A DNA stretch of 64,000 bases from Collinsella sp. (GTDB taxonomy: Bacteria > Actinomycetota > Coriobacteriia > Coriobacteriales > Coriobacteriaceae). Below the pieces are notes generated by a model. It did no database searches and was not told the origin of the DNA. It worked only from the letters and a program-made list of their open reading frames with translations. The position numbers and the translations under genes are program-made. Below, in pieces: positions 39,402 to 47,539 of this stretch (within the stretch, counting starts at the first letter, position 1; every line of letters starts with the position of its first letter). The DNA lies in contig JAXEGS010000044.1 in the NCBI GenBank assembly GCA_034102905.1, forward strand, positions 7,609-71,608, written 5' to 3'.

Positions 39402-39777
39402 GAGACAGGGCGCCTCGTGCGGTTTTGCGGCCTTCGCGCTCACATCTATCAACCCCATCAATTTCCCGGCGCCATGCGCCATGCGGATGTCTGCGGGCGG
39501 TGTGGTTCCGGCGAAAACGAGCCGGCGGCCGATCTGGGGGCTCCGTACGCGTGCGGAACCAATGGCACCCTCCTGAATGTAGCACGTGGCATACATCCAG
39601 AGGCGTCGGAACCCCCGGGACGGTCGAAATTGGGCCCTGGGCGTTACGGATGCCGGCGTCCCTTGACAAACCGGCGGGAACCGGCATGGGTGGTGCAACG
39701 CTCCCGTCTGCTAGGATGGCACCGATGGTGACGGATGGCCCGCGCGGCGCGCGGGCCCACGCAGGGAGGAGGGCGCG

Positions 39778-40431
39778 ATGCGCGTGCTCATCGTGGGGGG
39801 GTCCCCGGAGGCGGCGTCCGCGGCGACGCTCAGGCGTGCCGCGGCGGGCTGCGATGGCGTGGTGGCCGTGGACGCCGGGCTCGACGCGCTTCGGGCCGCG
39901 GGGATCGAGGCCGACCTCTTCTGCGGTGACGCCGACTCGGTGAGCGCCGCGGGCGCCGCGGCCGTCGAGGCCGCCGAGGCGGGGGAGGGGCGCATGGGCG
40001 TCGAGCGCTACCGGCCGCACAAGAATTACTCCGACCTCACCCTCGCCCTCAAGGCCGTCTCTCGGCGCTGGCCCGCCTCCGCGATCCGCTGCACCTGCCT
40101 CTCGGGCGGCCGGCCCGACCACTTCCTCGACGTCATCGGCCGCCTCGCCTCCTGGCCGGGGGAGGTCGAGATCGTCGAGGACGGCTTCACGGGCCGCGTC
40201 CTCGGCGCGGGGGAGGCCTGGGAGATCGCGGGCGCCGCCGGGTCGACCTTCTCCTTCATGCCGCTCGCGCCCGTCTCCGAGGTATCGATCGCGGGGATGC
40301 ACTGGAACCTCGATCGCCGCCGGTGCGCGCTCCTGGAGGACGTTGGCCTCTCGAACGTGGTCGAGGCGGCCGGGGCCTCGGTTCGATGCCACGGGGGCGT
40401 GATCGCCTGCTGGCTCTTCGATCGCGGTTGA
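39778..40431 (+). CDS. thiN: Thiamine diphosphokinase
   Basis: 217 aa. MRVLIVGGSP, the GDADS motif (LFCGDADSV), and a C-terminal B1-binding-like segment (IAGMHWNLD). Confidence 0.7.
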   Translation: MRVLIVGGSPEAASAATLRRAAAGCDGVVAVDAGLDALRAAGIEADLFCGDADSVSAAGAAAVEAAEAGEGRMGVERYRPHKNYSDLTLALKAVSRRWPASAIRCTCLSGGRPDHFLDVIGRLASWPGEVEIVEDGFTGRVLGAGEAWEIAGAAGSTFSFMPLAPVSEVSIAGMHWNLDRRRCALLEDVGLSNVVEAAGASVRCHGGVIACWLFDRG

Positions 40432-40438
40432 ATTTGAA

Positions 40439-40454
40439 TGTGAAGCGCTTCAAT
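40439..40454. promoter_or_regulatory. Rex-type (redox repressor) operator candidate, box 1
   Basis: TGTGAAGCGCTTCAAT compares with the actinobacterial Rex operator TGTGAACGCGTTCACA / general TTGTGAA-N4-6-TTCACAA. The left half-site is perfect. It overlaps a possible promoter (TTGAAT 40428-40433, 17 nt, CAATAT 40451-40456). Confidence 0.5.
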
Positions 40455-40556
40455 ATCGCGTTGAACGAACCGTTCATCGAATTCCACACCGTGATGCAAC
40501 CGGCACCGTGACCCTGTTCTCGCAGGTATTCTGCTCTTTTTGGGGCAGATTCGATG

Positions 40557-40572
40557 TGTGAAACGCTTCAAT
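40557..40572. promoter_or_regulatory. Rex-type operator candidate, box 2
   Basis: TGTGAAACGCTTCAAT differs from box 1 at one position and lies 98 nt upstream of the adhE ATG. Each box is followed within 7-10 nt by a CCGTTCA element. Confidence 0.5.
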
Positions 40573-40670
40573 TATTTATGACCGTTCACGGGCCTGTTTC
40601 GACCGCTCTCGCCGCGCTCCTATAGTGAGGTTGTCTTCTTTCGGTCCACGAACAGATGGAGGAGAACCGA

Positions 40671-43316
40671 ATGGCGAGGAAAGCAACGGCAACCCAGGCC
40701 CCGGTGCTCGTCGACACCGTCGAGGCGCTCGAGGCGAAGCTCGTCCGCATGCGAGCGGCGCAGGAGGCCTTCGCCCGCTTCACGCAGGAGCAGGTCGACA
40801 AGATCTTCTACGCGGCCGCGATGGCCGCCAACAAGGCCCGCATCCCGCTGGCGAAGATGGCCGTCGAGGAGACCGGCCGCGGCGTGCTCGAGGACAAGGT
40901 CATCAAGAACCACTACGCTGCCGAGTACATCTACCATGCCTACAAGGACACCCCGACCTGCGGCGTGATCGAGCGCGACGAGGCGCTCGGCATCACGAAG
41001 GTCGCCGAGCCCATCGGCATCGTCGGCGCCGTCATCCCCACGACGAACCCCACGTCCACGGCGATCTTCAAGTGCCTGATCTCGCTCAAGACCCGCAACG
41101 CCATCATCATCTCCCCGCATCCCGCGGCGGCGAAGTGCACCATCGCGGCCGCCAAGCTCGTGCTCGAGGCCGCGGTCGCGGCCGGCGCCCCCGAGGAGAT
41201 CATCGGCTGGGTCGACACCCCCTCGATCGAGCTGACCAACATGGTCATGCGCGACGTCGACATCATCCTCGCCACCGGCGGCCCGGGCATGGTCAAGGCC
41301 GCCTACTCGAGCGGCAAGCCCGCCCTCGGCGTCGGCGCGGGCAACACGCCCGTCGTCATCGACGAGACGGCCGACATCCTCCTCGCTGTGAACTCGATCA
41401 TCCACTCCAAGACCTTCGACAACGGCATGATCTGCGCGAGCGAGCAGTCGGTGACCGCCCTCGCGTCCGTCTACGACGCCGTCAAGGCCGAGTTCGAGCG
41501 CCGCGGCTGCTACTTCGTGAAGCCCGGCCGCGAGGTCGAGGCGCTGCGCGCCGCCATGTTCAAGAACGGCGCCCTCGACCACAAGATCCCCGGCATGCCC
41601 GCGGCCAAGATCGCCGAGCTCGCCGGCATCGAGGTCGCGCCCAAGACGAAGATCCTGATCGTCGAGGCCACCTCCACCGACCCCGAGAAGGAGGAGTTCA
41701 GCCACGAGAAGCTCTCGCCGGTCCTCGCGATGTACAAGGCCGAGACCTTCCAGGAGGCCGTGGACAAGGCCGAGCACCTTGTGCTCGCCGGCGGCCCGGG
41801 CCACACCGCCTCGCTCTACGTGCACCCCGCCGAGGCTGAGAAGATCGCGCTGTTCGAGGACGTCATGAAGGCGTGCCGCATCGTGATCAACACGCCCTCC
41901 TCCCAGGGCGGCATCGGCGATCTGTACAACTTCGGCATGAAGCCGTCCCTGACCCTGGGCTGCGGCTCCTGGGGCGGCAACTCCGTCTCCGAGAACGTAG
42001 GGGTGAAGCACTTGCTCAACGTCAAGACCGTGGCCGAGCGCCGCGAGAACATGCTCTGGTTCCGTGCCCCCGAGAAGGTCTACTTCAAGAAGGGCTCCAC
42101 GCCCGTCGCCCTAGACGAGCTCGGATCGGTCATGGGCAAGAAGCGCGCCTTCATCGTGACCGACCAGTTCCTCTTCAAGAACGGCAACACCCGCGCGATC
42201 GAGGCCAAGCTCGACGAGATGGGCATCGCGCACGACTGCTTCTACGACGTGGAGCCCGATCCGACGCTGCAGTGCGCCCGCGCCGGCGCCGCCCAGATGC
42301 GCCTCTTCGAGCCCGACGTGATCATCGCCGTCGGCGGCGGCTCGGCCATGGACGCCGCCAAGATCATGTGGGTCATGTACGAGCACCCCGACGCGAACTT
42401 CGAGGACATGGCCATGGACTTCATGGACATCCGCAAGCGCGTCTACACCTTCCCGAAGATGGGGGAGCGCGCCTACTTCGTCGCGGTGCCCACCTCCTCG
42501 GGCACGGGCTCGGAGTGCACGCCCTTCGCGATCATCACCGACAAGGAGACGGGCATCAAGTGGCCGCTCGCCGACTACGCCCTCCTGCCCAACATGGCCA
42601 TCGTCGACGTCGATAACGCCATGTTCGCCCCGCGCGGCCTCACCTCGGCCTCCGGCATCGACGTCATGACGCACGCGATCGAGTCCTACGTCTCCATCAT
42701 GGCGAGCGACTACACCCGCGGCCTGTCCATGAAGGCGGCGAAGCTCGTCTTCGACAACCTGCCCTCCGCCTTTGAGCACGGCGCGAAGGACCCGCACGCC
42801 CGCGAGGAGATGCACAACGCCTCCGCCATGGCCGGCATGGCCTTCGCCAACGCCTTCCTCGGCGTGAACCACTCGATGGCCCACAAGCTCGGCGCCTTCC
42901 ACCACATCCCGCACGGCCTGGCCAACGCCGTCCTCCTGACGCGCGTCATGCGCTACAACGCCGCCGAGGCCCCGGTCAAGATGGGCACCTTCTCGCAGTA
43001 CCCCTATCCGAACGCGCTCGCGGCCTACGCCGAGATGGCCCGCTTCTGCGGCGTCACCGGCGCCGACGACGCGGAGGTCTTCGAGAACTTCATTGCGAAG
43101 CTCGAGGAGCTCAAGGAGACGATCGGCGTGAAGAAGACGATCGCCGAGTACGGCGTCGACGAGCAGTACTTCCTCGACACCCTCGATGAGATGTGCGAGC
43201 AGGCGTTCAACGACCAGTGCACGGGCGCGAACCCCCGCTACCCGCTCATCAGCGAGATCCGCGAGCTCTTCCTGGACGCCTACTACGGCCGCGAGCCGCA
43301 GTCCTACGGGGTCTAA
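40671..43316 (+). CDS. adhE: Bifunctional acetaldehyde-CoA / alcohol dehydrogenase
   Basis: ~881 aa. ALDH half with catalytic-Cys context MICASEQS, and an Fe-ADH half with GGGSAMDAAK and HSMAHKLG. ATG 40671 is preceded by GGAGGAG; ATG 40656 is an alternative. Confidence 0.96.
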   Translation: MARKATATQAPVLVDTVEALEAKLVRMRAAQEAFARFTQEQVDKIFYAAAMAANKARIPLAKMAVEETGRGVLEDKVIKNHYAAEYIYHAYKDTPTCGVIERDEALGITKVAEPIGIVGAVIPTTNPTSTAIFKCLISLKTRNAIIISPHPAAAKCTIAAAKLVLEAAVAAGAPEEIIGWVDTPSIELTNMVMRDVDIILATGGPGMVKAAYSSGKPALGVGAGNTPVVIDETADILLAVNSIIHSKTFDNGMICASEQSVTALASVYDAVKAEFERRGCYFVKPGREVEALRAAMFKNGALDHKIPGMPAAKIAELAGIEVAPKTKILIVEATSTDPEKEEFSHEKLSPVLAMYKAETFQEAVDKAEHLVLAGGPGHTASLYVHPAEAEKIALFEDVMKACRIVINTPSSQGGIGDLYNFGMKPSLTLGCGSWGGNSVSENVGVKHLLNVKTVAERRENMLWFRAPEKVYFKKGSTPVALDELGSVMGKKRAFIVTDQFLFKNGNTRAIEAKLDEMGIAHDCFYDVEPDPTLQCARAGAAQMRLFEPDVIIAVGGGSAMDAAKIMWVMYEHPDANFEDMAMDFMDIRKRVYTFPKMGERAYFVAVPTSSGTGSECTPFAIITDKETGIKWPLADYALLPNMAIVDVDNAMFAPRGLTSASGIDVMTHAIESYVSIMASDYTRGLSMKAAKLVFDNLPSAFEHGAKDPHAREEMHNASAMAGMAFANAFLGVNHSMAHKLGAFHHIPHGLANAVLLTRVMRYNAAEAPVKMGTFSQYPYPNALAAYAEMARFCGVTGADDAEVFENFIAKLEELKETIGVKKTIAEYGVDEQYFLDTLDEMCEQAFNDQCTGANPRYPLISEIRELFLDAYYGREPQSYGV

Positions 43317-43383
43317 GGCAGCGCGAGGCAGAGGCAGGCAACCCGGGCCGGGCACGCACCGGCCCGTGAAGAAAGGATGGGAC

Positions 43384-44148
43384 ATGCAGCTTCCCGACTC
43401 CCGCGCGCTCATCGCCGAGCGCGGCAACAAGAAGGTCTACGACCTGGGCGATCGCATCGCCAAGGTGTTCAACGACACCAAGCCGGTGTCCGACGTGTTC
43501 AACGAGGCGCTGAACCTCTCCCGTATCAACGAGACGGGCATCGCGAGCCCCCGCGTGCTCGAGGTCTCCGAGGTCGCCGGGGAGGGCTGGGGGATCCTCA
43601 CCGACAAGGTCCCGGGCGTGACCCTCGCTGACAAGATGGCCGAGGACCCGAGCCGCTTCTACGAGTACCTCGAGCGCTTCGTGGATCTGCAGATCTCGGT
43701 CCACGCCCACCGGAGCCCGCTGCTGCCCCGGCAGCGCGACAAGTACGCCCGCATGATCAACGGTCTCGAGGACCTGAACGCCACCCAGCGCTACAACCTG
43801 CTCGAGCGCCTGGACGGCATGGAGCGCCACCACCGCGTCTGCCACGGCGACTTCAACCCCACGAACGTGATCGTGGGCGAGGACGGAACCCTCGCGATCT
43901 GCGACTGGGCGCACGCCACCCAGGGCTCGCCCGCGGCCGACGCGGCGATGACCTTCCTGCTCTTCGCCCTCACCGACAAGGAGCAGGCCCAGGCCTACCT
44001 CGAGCTCTACTCCGAGCGCGCCGACGAGCCGATGCAGGTGGTCCGGAAGTGGACCTCGATCGTGGCCGCCTCCGAGCTCGCCCGCAACCGCCCCGACCAG
44101 GACAAGGAGTTCCTGCTCGGCTGGATCGACGTCTTCGACTACCAGTAA
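43384..44148 (+). CDS. Phosphotransferase-family (APH/choline-kinase-like) small-molecule kinase
   Basis: 254 aa. Catalytic loop HGDFNPTNV followed by ICDWAHA. GAAAGGATGG lies upstream. The substrate cannot be inferred. Confidence 0.75.
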   Translation: MQLPDSRALIAERGNKKVYDLGDRIAKVFNDTKPVSDVFNEALNLSRINETGIASPRVLEVSEVAGEGWGILTDKVPGVTLADKMAEDPSRFYEYLERFVDLQISVHAHRSPLLPRQRDKYARMINGLEDLNATQRYNLLERLDGMERHHRVCHGDFNPTNVIVGEDGTLAICDWAHATQGSPAADAAMTFLLFALTDKEQAQAYLELYSERADEPMQVVRKWTSIVAASELARNRPDQDKEFLLGWIDVFDYQ

Positions 44149-44177
44149 GGGCCCGTCCGCGCCCCAACGGCCCTCTC

Positions 44178-44218
44178 GGCGATCGCCCGGCTGCCGCCCC
44201 TGCGGCCGGGCGATCGCC
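44178..44218 (+). terminator. Stable hairpin downstream of the kinase gene
   Basis: GGCGATCGCCCGGC (44178-44191) pairs perfectly with GCCGGGCGATCGCC (44205-44218) across a 13-nt loop. There is no U tract. Confidence 0.45.
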
Positions 44219-44354
44219 GTCGCCTTGCCGCCCCATGGGGCGGGGCCGGACGGCGCATATGAAGATTGCGCAGAGTCGAGGCGTTCTGTGTTATAGTTCG
44301 ATGTCGGTTTATTCACGCGGCTACCTGCCGATGCCGCCCAAGGAGGGTCAAGTC

Positions 44355-44543
44355 ATGTCCAAGGTTTGCGAAGTTTGCGGTAAGCACCCGGTGGCGGGTC
44401 GGTCCATCAGCCACTCCCATCGCGTCACCAACCGCCAGTTCCGCCCGAACATCCAGCGCGTCTACGTTGTCGAGAACGGCACCCGTCGCAAGATGAACGT
44501 GTGCACCAGCTGCCTCAAGGCGCAGAAGGTCGCCCGTTCCTAA
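44355..44543 (+). CDS. rpmB: 50S ribosomal protein L28
   Basis: 62 aa: MSKVCEVCGKHPVAGRSISHSHRVTNRQFRPNIQRV... AGGAGGG lies upstream. Confidence 0.95.
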   Translation: MSKVCEVCGKHPVAGRSISHSHRVTNRQFRPNIQRVYVVENGTRRKMNVCTSCLKAQKVARS

Positions 44544-44607
44544 AGCAAGGCTCGCCCTCGTGCCTCGGACTCTCCGGGTGGCCGCGGGCCTCATGGTCGA
44601 TCGCGCG

Positions 44608-44637
44608 AGCGCTCCCCCAGGTGGGGGAGCGCTTTTT
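44608..44637 (+). terminator. Rho-independent terminator of rpmB
   Basis: AGCGCTCCCCC-AGGT-GGGGGAGCGCT followed by TTTTT. Confidence 0.85.
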
Positions 44638-44711
44638 CATGTCGCGCCCCGGCGTGTCGGGTCTGTGGAGATGCTTCCTCCCCCCGATACCTTCCCCTCG
44701 AAGGCATAGAA

Positions 44712-44743
44712 TACCTTTCGCTAAAAGCTAGCGATGAAAGGTA
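44712..44743. promoter_or_regulatory. Palindromic operator candidate upstream of the marR-ABC operon
   Basis: TACCTTTC (44712-44719) and GAAAGGTA (44736-44743) are inverted repeats enclosing an inner CGCTA..CTAGCG palindrome. The site lies 20 nt upstream of the MarR ATG, and a further ATACCTT half-site is at 44687. Confidence 0.4.
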
Positions 44744-44762
44744 ATTCGAGAGAGGGGATCGC

Positions 44763-45260
44763 ATGGAGCAGCAACCCATCGATTCGACGGAGCTCGGGGA
44801 GGCCATCCACGGGCTCGTGGACGTGGGCGGGCGCATCATGCGCCTGCACCGGCACCCGGAGGTGAGCGGCGCCATGCGCGGCGCCCCGTTGGTCCTGCGC
44901 GAGCTCGGACTCGCCGAGGGGCCGCTGTCGCCCGGGGAGCTCAAGCGCGCCTGCGGGCTCACCGACGCGCGCATCGCCAACATCCTGCGCGCGCTCGAGG
45001 AGCGCGGCCTCGTGGAGCGCCGCTCCCAGGAGGCCGACCGCCGCCGCGTCGAGGTGACGCTCACCGAGCGCGGCCGCGCCGAGGTCGGCGCACGCCGCGA
45101 GCACGTCACGGCCTTCATGGCCGCCCTCGTGCGCGAGCTCGGCCTCGCGGACGCCCGCGAGCTCGCGCGCATCCTCGGCCGCGCGGCCGACATCATGGCC
45201 GCCCATGCCGAGGACGAGCCCGGCGCCTGCCCGATGCACGGCGGGGAGGGGCGCGCATGA
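44763..45260 (+). CDS. MarR-family transcriptional regulator
   Basis: 165 aa with a winged-HTH core (LSPGELKRACGLTDARIANILRALEERGLVERRSQEADRRRVEVTLTERG). The stop overlaps the next start (ATGA). Confidence 0.88.
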   Translation: MEQQPIDSTELGEAIHGLVDVGGRIMRLHRHPEVSGAMRGAPLVLRELGLAEGPLSPGELKRACGLTDARIANILRALEERGLVERRSQEADRRRVEVTLTERGRAEVGARREHVTAFMAALVRELGLADARELARILGRAADIMAAHAEDEPGACPMHGGEGRA

Positions 45261-47539
45261 AGACCTTCGCCTTCCTTAGAAACCACAAGCTGAGCATCCT
45301 CCTCGCGATCGCCCTGCTCATCCTGCAGGCGTACTGCGAGCTCACGCTGCCCACGATCATGAGCGACATCGTGAACACGGGCATCGCGAACGGCGGCATC
45401 ACCTCGGCGGTGCCCGCCTCCATCACCGGGAGCGACCTCGCGAACCTCGAGCTCTTCCTCACGGACTCCGAGCGCGCGACCGTCGAGGCCTCCTACACGC
45501 AGGACGGCACCGTGCTCGCCTTCACCGGCACGGAGGCCGACCGCGCGAGCCTGGAGGAGCCCCTGGCCGAGGCCGAGATGCTCGTCAGCCAGCTCACCGA
45601 GGGCGTCAAGACCGAGGAGCTCATGGGCGGCCTCGGCGGGGGAGCCGCCTCCGCCCCCGGTGCCGCTGCGCCCGGCGTCGAGGCCGCGCCCGCCCCGACC
45701 CTCGGGGACACCGTCACGATCGACGACGTGCAGCGGCTCGTCTCCGCGGGCGCCCTCGCCCCGTCGAAGCTCGTCGAGGCCCGCGGCGAGCTCGTCAAGA
45801 GCCTGGGCGATGCCGGCGACCAGATCATCCAGAGCCGCGCGATCGCCTACGTGAAGGGCGCCCTCGACCGCGCCGGCGTCGACACCGACGCCGTCCAGAC
45901 GGACTACCTCTTCGCCGAGGGCGGCCACATGCTCGCCTTCGCCGCCCTCGCGGCCGTGGCGTCGGTCGTGGCCGCGCTGAACGCCTCGCGCACGGCCGCC
46001 GCCGTCGCCCGCGACCTCCGCCACGACCTCTACGACCGCGTCCTCGCGTTCTCGCCGGCCGAGACCTCCCGGTTCTCAGCCGCCTCGCTCATCACCCGCG
46101 CCACCAACGACGTCCAGCAGATCCAGACCGTGACCGTCATGATCCTGCGCATGGTGCTCTACGCGCCCGTCATGGGCATCGGCGCCATCATGCGCGTGGT
46201 GGCCTTCGGAAACACCGGCCTGCAGTGGATCATCGTGGCCGCCGTCGTGGCCATCATGGTCGCCGTCGGCGCCCTCATGGGCCTCACGCTGCCGCGCTTC
46301 CGCATCATGCAGAAGCTCGTGGACCGGAACAACCTGGTCGCCCGCGAGATCATCACCGGTATCATGCCCATCCGCGCCTTCGGGCGGAGCCGCTACGAGG
46401 AGGAGCGCTACGACGAGGCGAACTCCGAGCTCACGGCCACCTACATCTTCACCAACCGCGCCATGAGCTTCATGATGCCGCTCATGCTCATCGTGATGAA
46501 CCTCACGAGCGTGGCCATCGTCTGGTTCGGCGGCGCCGGGATCGACGCCGGCACCCTCCAGGTGGGCGACCTCATGGCCTACATGAGCTACACGATCCAG
46601 GTGATCGTCTCCTTCATGATTATCACGATGGTCTCGGTGATGCTGCCCCGCGCCGACGTCGCCGCCGAGCGCGTCCAGGAGGTCCTGGCCGTGCGCCCGA
46701 GCATCGCGAGCCCCGCGAAGAGCGCACCGGCGCCCGCGGGCGGGTGGACCGGCGAGCTCGCCTTCGACGACGTCTCCTTCGCCTACCCCGGGGCCGAGGC
46801 GAACACGCTCGACCACGTGAGCTTCACGGTGCGCCCGGGGGAGACCCTCGGCATCATCGGGTCCACGGGCGTGGGCAAGTCGACCCTCGTCCAGCTCATC
46901 CCGCGCCTCTTCGACGCGACGGCCGGAACGGTGAGCGTCGACGGCGTGGACGTCCGCGACATGGACCTCGAGGAGCTCCGTGACCTCATCGGCTACGTCC
47001 CGCAGAAGGGGATGCTCTTCTCGGGCACCATCGCCGACAACATCAAGTACGCCGACGCCGACCTCTCAGACGAGGCCATGCGCGAGGCGGCGGAGACCGC
47101 CCAGGCGGCCGAGTTCATCGAGGGCAAGCCCGACGGCAACGAGAGCCCCATCGCGGCGGGCGGCACGAACGTCTCGGGCGGCCAGCGCCAACGCCTGGCG
47201 ATCGCCCGCGCCCTCGCGAAGCGCCCGCGGATCCTCGTCTTCGACGACGCCTTCTCGGCGCTCGACTACAAGACCGACGCCCGGCTCCGCGCCGCGCTCG
47301 CCGAGCGCGACGGCGCCGGCACGGTCGTGATCGTGGCCCAGCGCATCGCCACGATCATGCGGGCCGACCAGATCGTCGTGCTCGATGACGGCCGCGTGGT
47401 CGGTCGCGGCACGCACGAGGAGCTGCTCCGCAGCTGCCCGGCGTACCTCGAGATCGCGAAGAGTCAGCTCTCCGCCGCCGAGCTCGGAATCGAGGAGGGC
47501 GCCCCGCTGGCGGGCGCCCCGGAAGGAGGTGAGCGCTGA
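45257..47539 (+). CDS. ABC exporter half-transporter (TMD-NBD), degenerate-site subunit, with a large TM1-TM2 insertion
   Basis: 760 aa. Walker A GSTGVGKST, signature VSGGQRQRLAIARAL. Walker B is ILVFDDA, with Asp in place of the catalytic Glu. There are ~170 extra residues between TM1 and TM2. Confidence 0.9.
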   Translation: MKTFAFLRNHKLSILLAIALLILQAYCELTLPTIMSDIVNTGIANGGITSAVPASITGSDLANLELFLTDSERATVEASYTQDGTVLAFTGTEADRASLEEPLAEAEMLVSQLTEGVKTEELMGGLGGGAASAPGAAAPGVEAAPAPTLGDTVTIDDVQRLVSAGALAPSKLVEARGELVKSLGDAGDQIIQSRAIAYVKGALDRAGVDTDAVQTDYLFAEGGHMLAFAALAAVASVVAALNASRTAAAVARDLRHDLYDRVLAFSPAETSRFSAASLITRATNDVQQIQTVTVMILRMVLYAPVMGIGAIMRVVAFGNTGLQWIIVAAVVAIMVAVGALMGLTLPRFRIMQKLVDRNNLVAREIITGIMPIRAFGRSRYEEERYDEANSELTATYIFTNRAMSFMMPLMLIVMNLTSVAIVWFGGAGIDAGTLQVGDLMAYMSYTIQVIVSFMIITMVSVMLPRADVAAERVQEVLAVRPSIASPAKSAPAPAGGWTGELAFDDVSFAYPGAEANTLDHVSFTVRPGETLGIIGSTGVGKSTLVQLIPRLFDATAGTVSVDGVDVRDMDLEELRDLIGYVPQKGMLFSGTIADNIKYADADLSDEAMREAAETAQAAEFIEGKPDGNESPIAAGGTNVSGGQRQRLAIARALAKRPRILVFDDAFSALDYKTDARLRAALAERDGAGTVVIVAQRIATIMRADQIVVLDDGRVVGRGTHEELLRSCPAYLEIAKSQLSAAELGIEEGAPLAGAPEGGER

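Noticed and set aside
39699-39777. TPP riboswitch upstream of thiN
   Set aside because: There is no CUGAGA / ACCUGAUCUGGAUAAUGCCAGCG-type core, and the region is too short (79 nt) and GC-rich.
43186-43383. N-terminal extension of the kinase ORF into the adhE 3' end
   Set aside because: It overlaps adhE in another frame. An SD-preceded ATG at 43384 gives a normal-length phosphotransferase domain.
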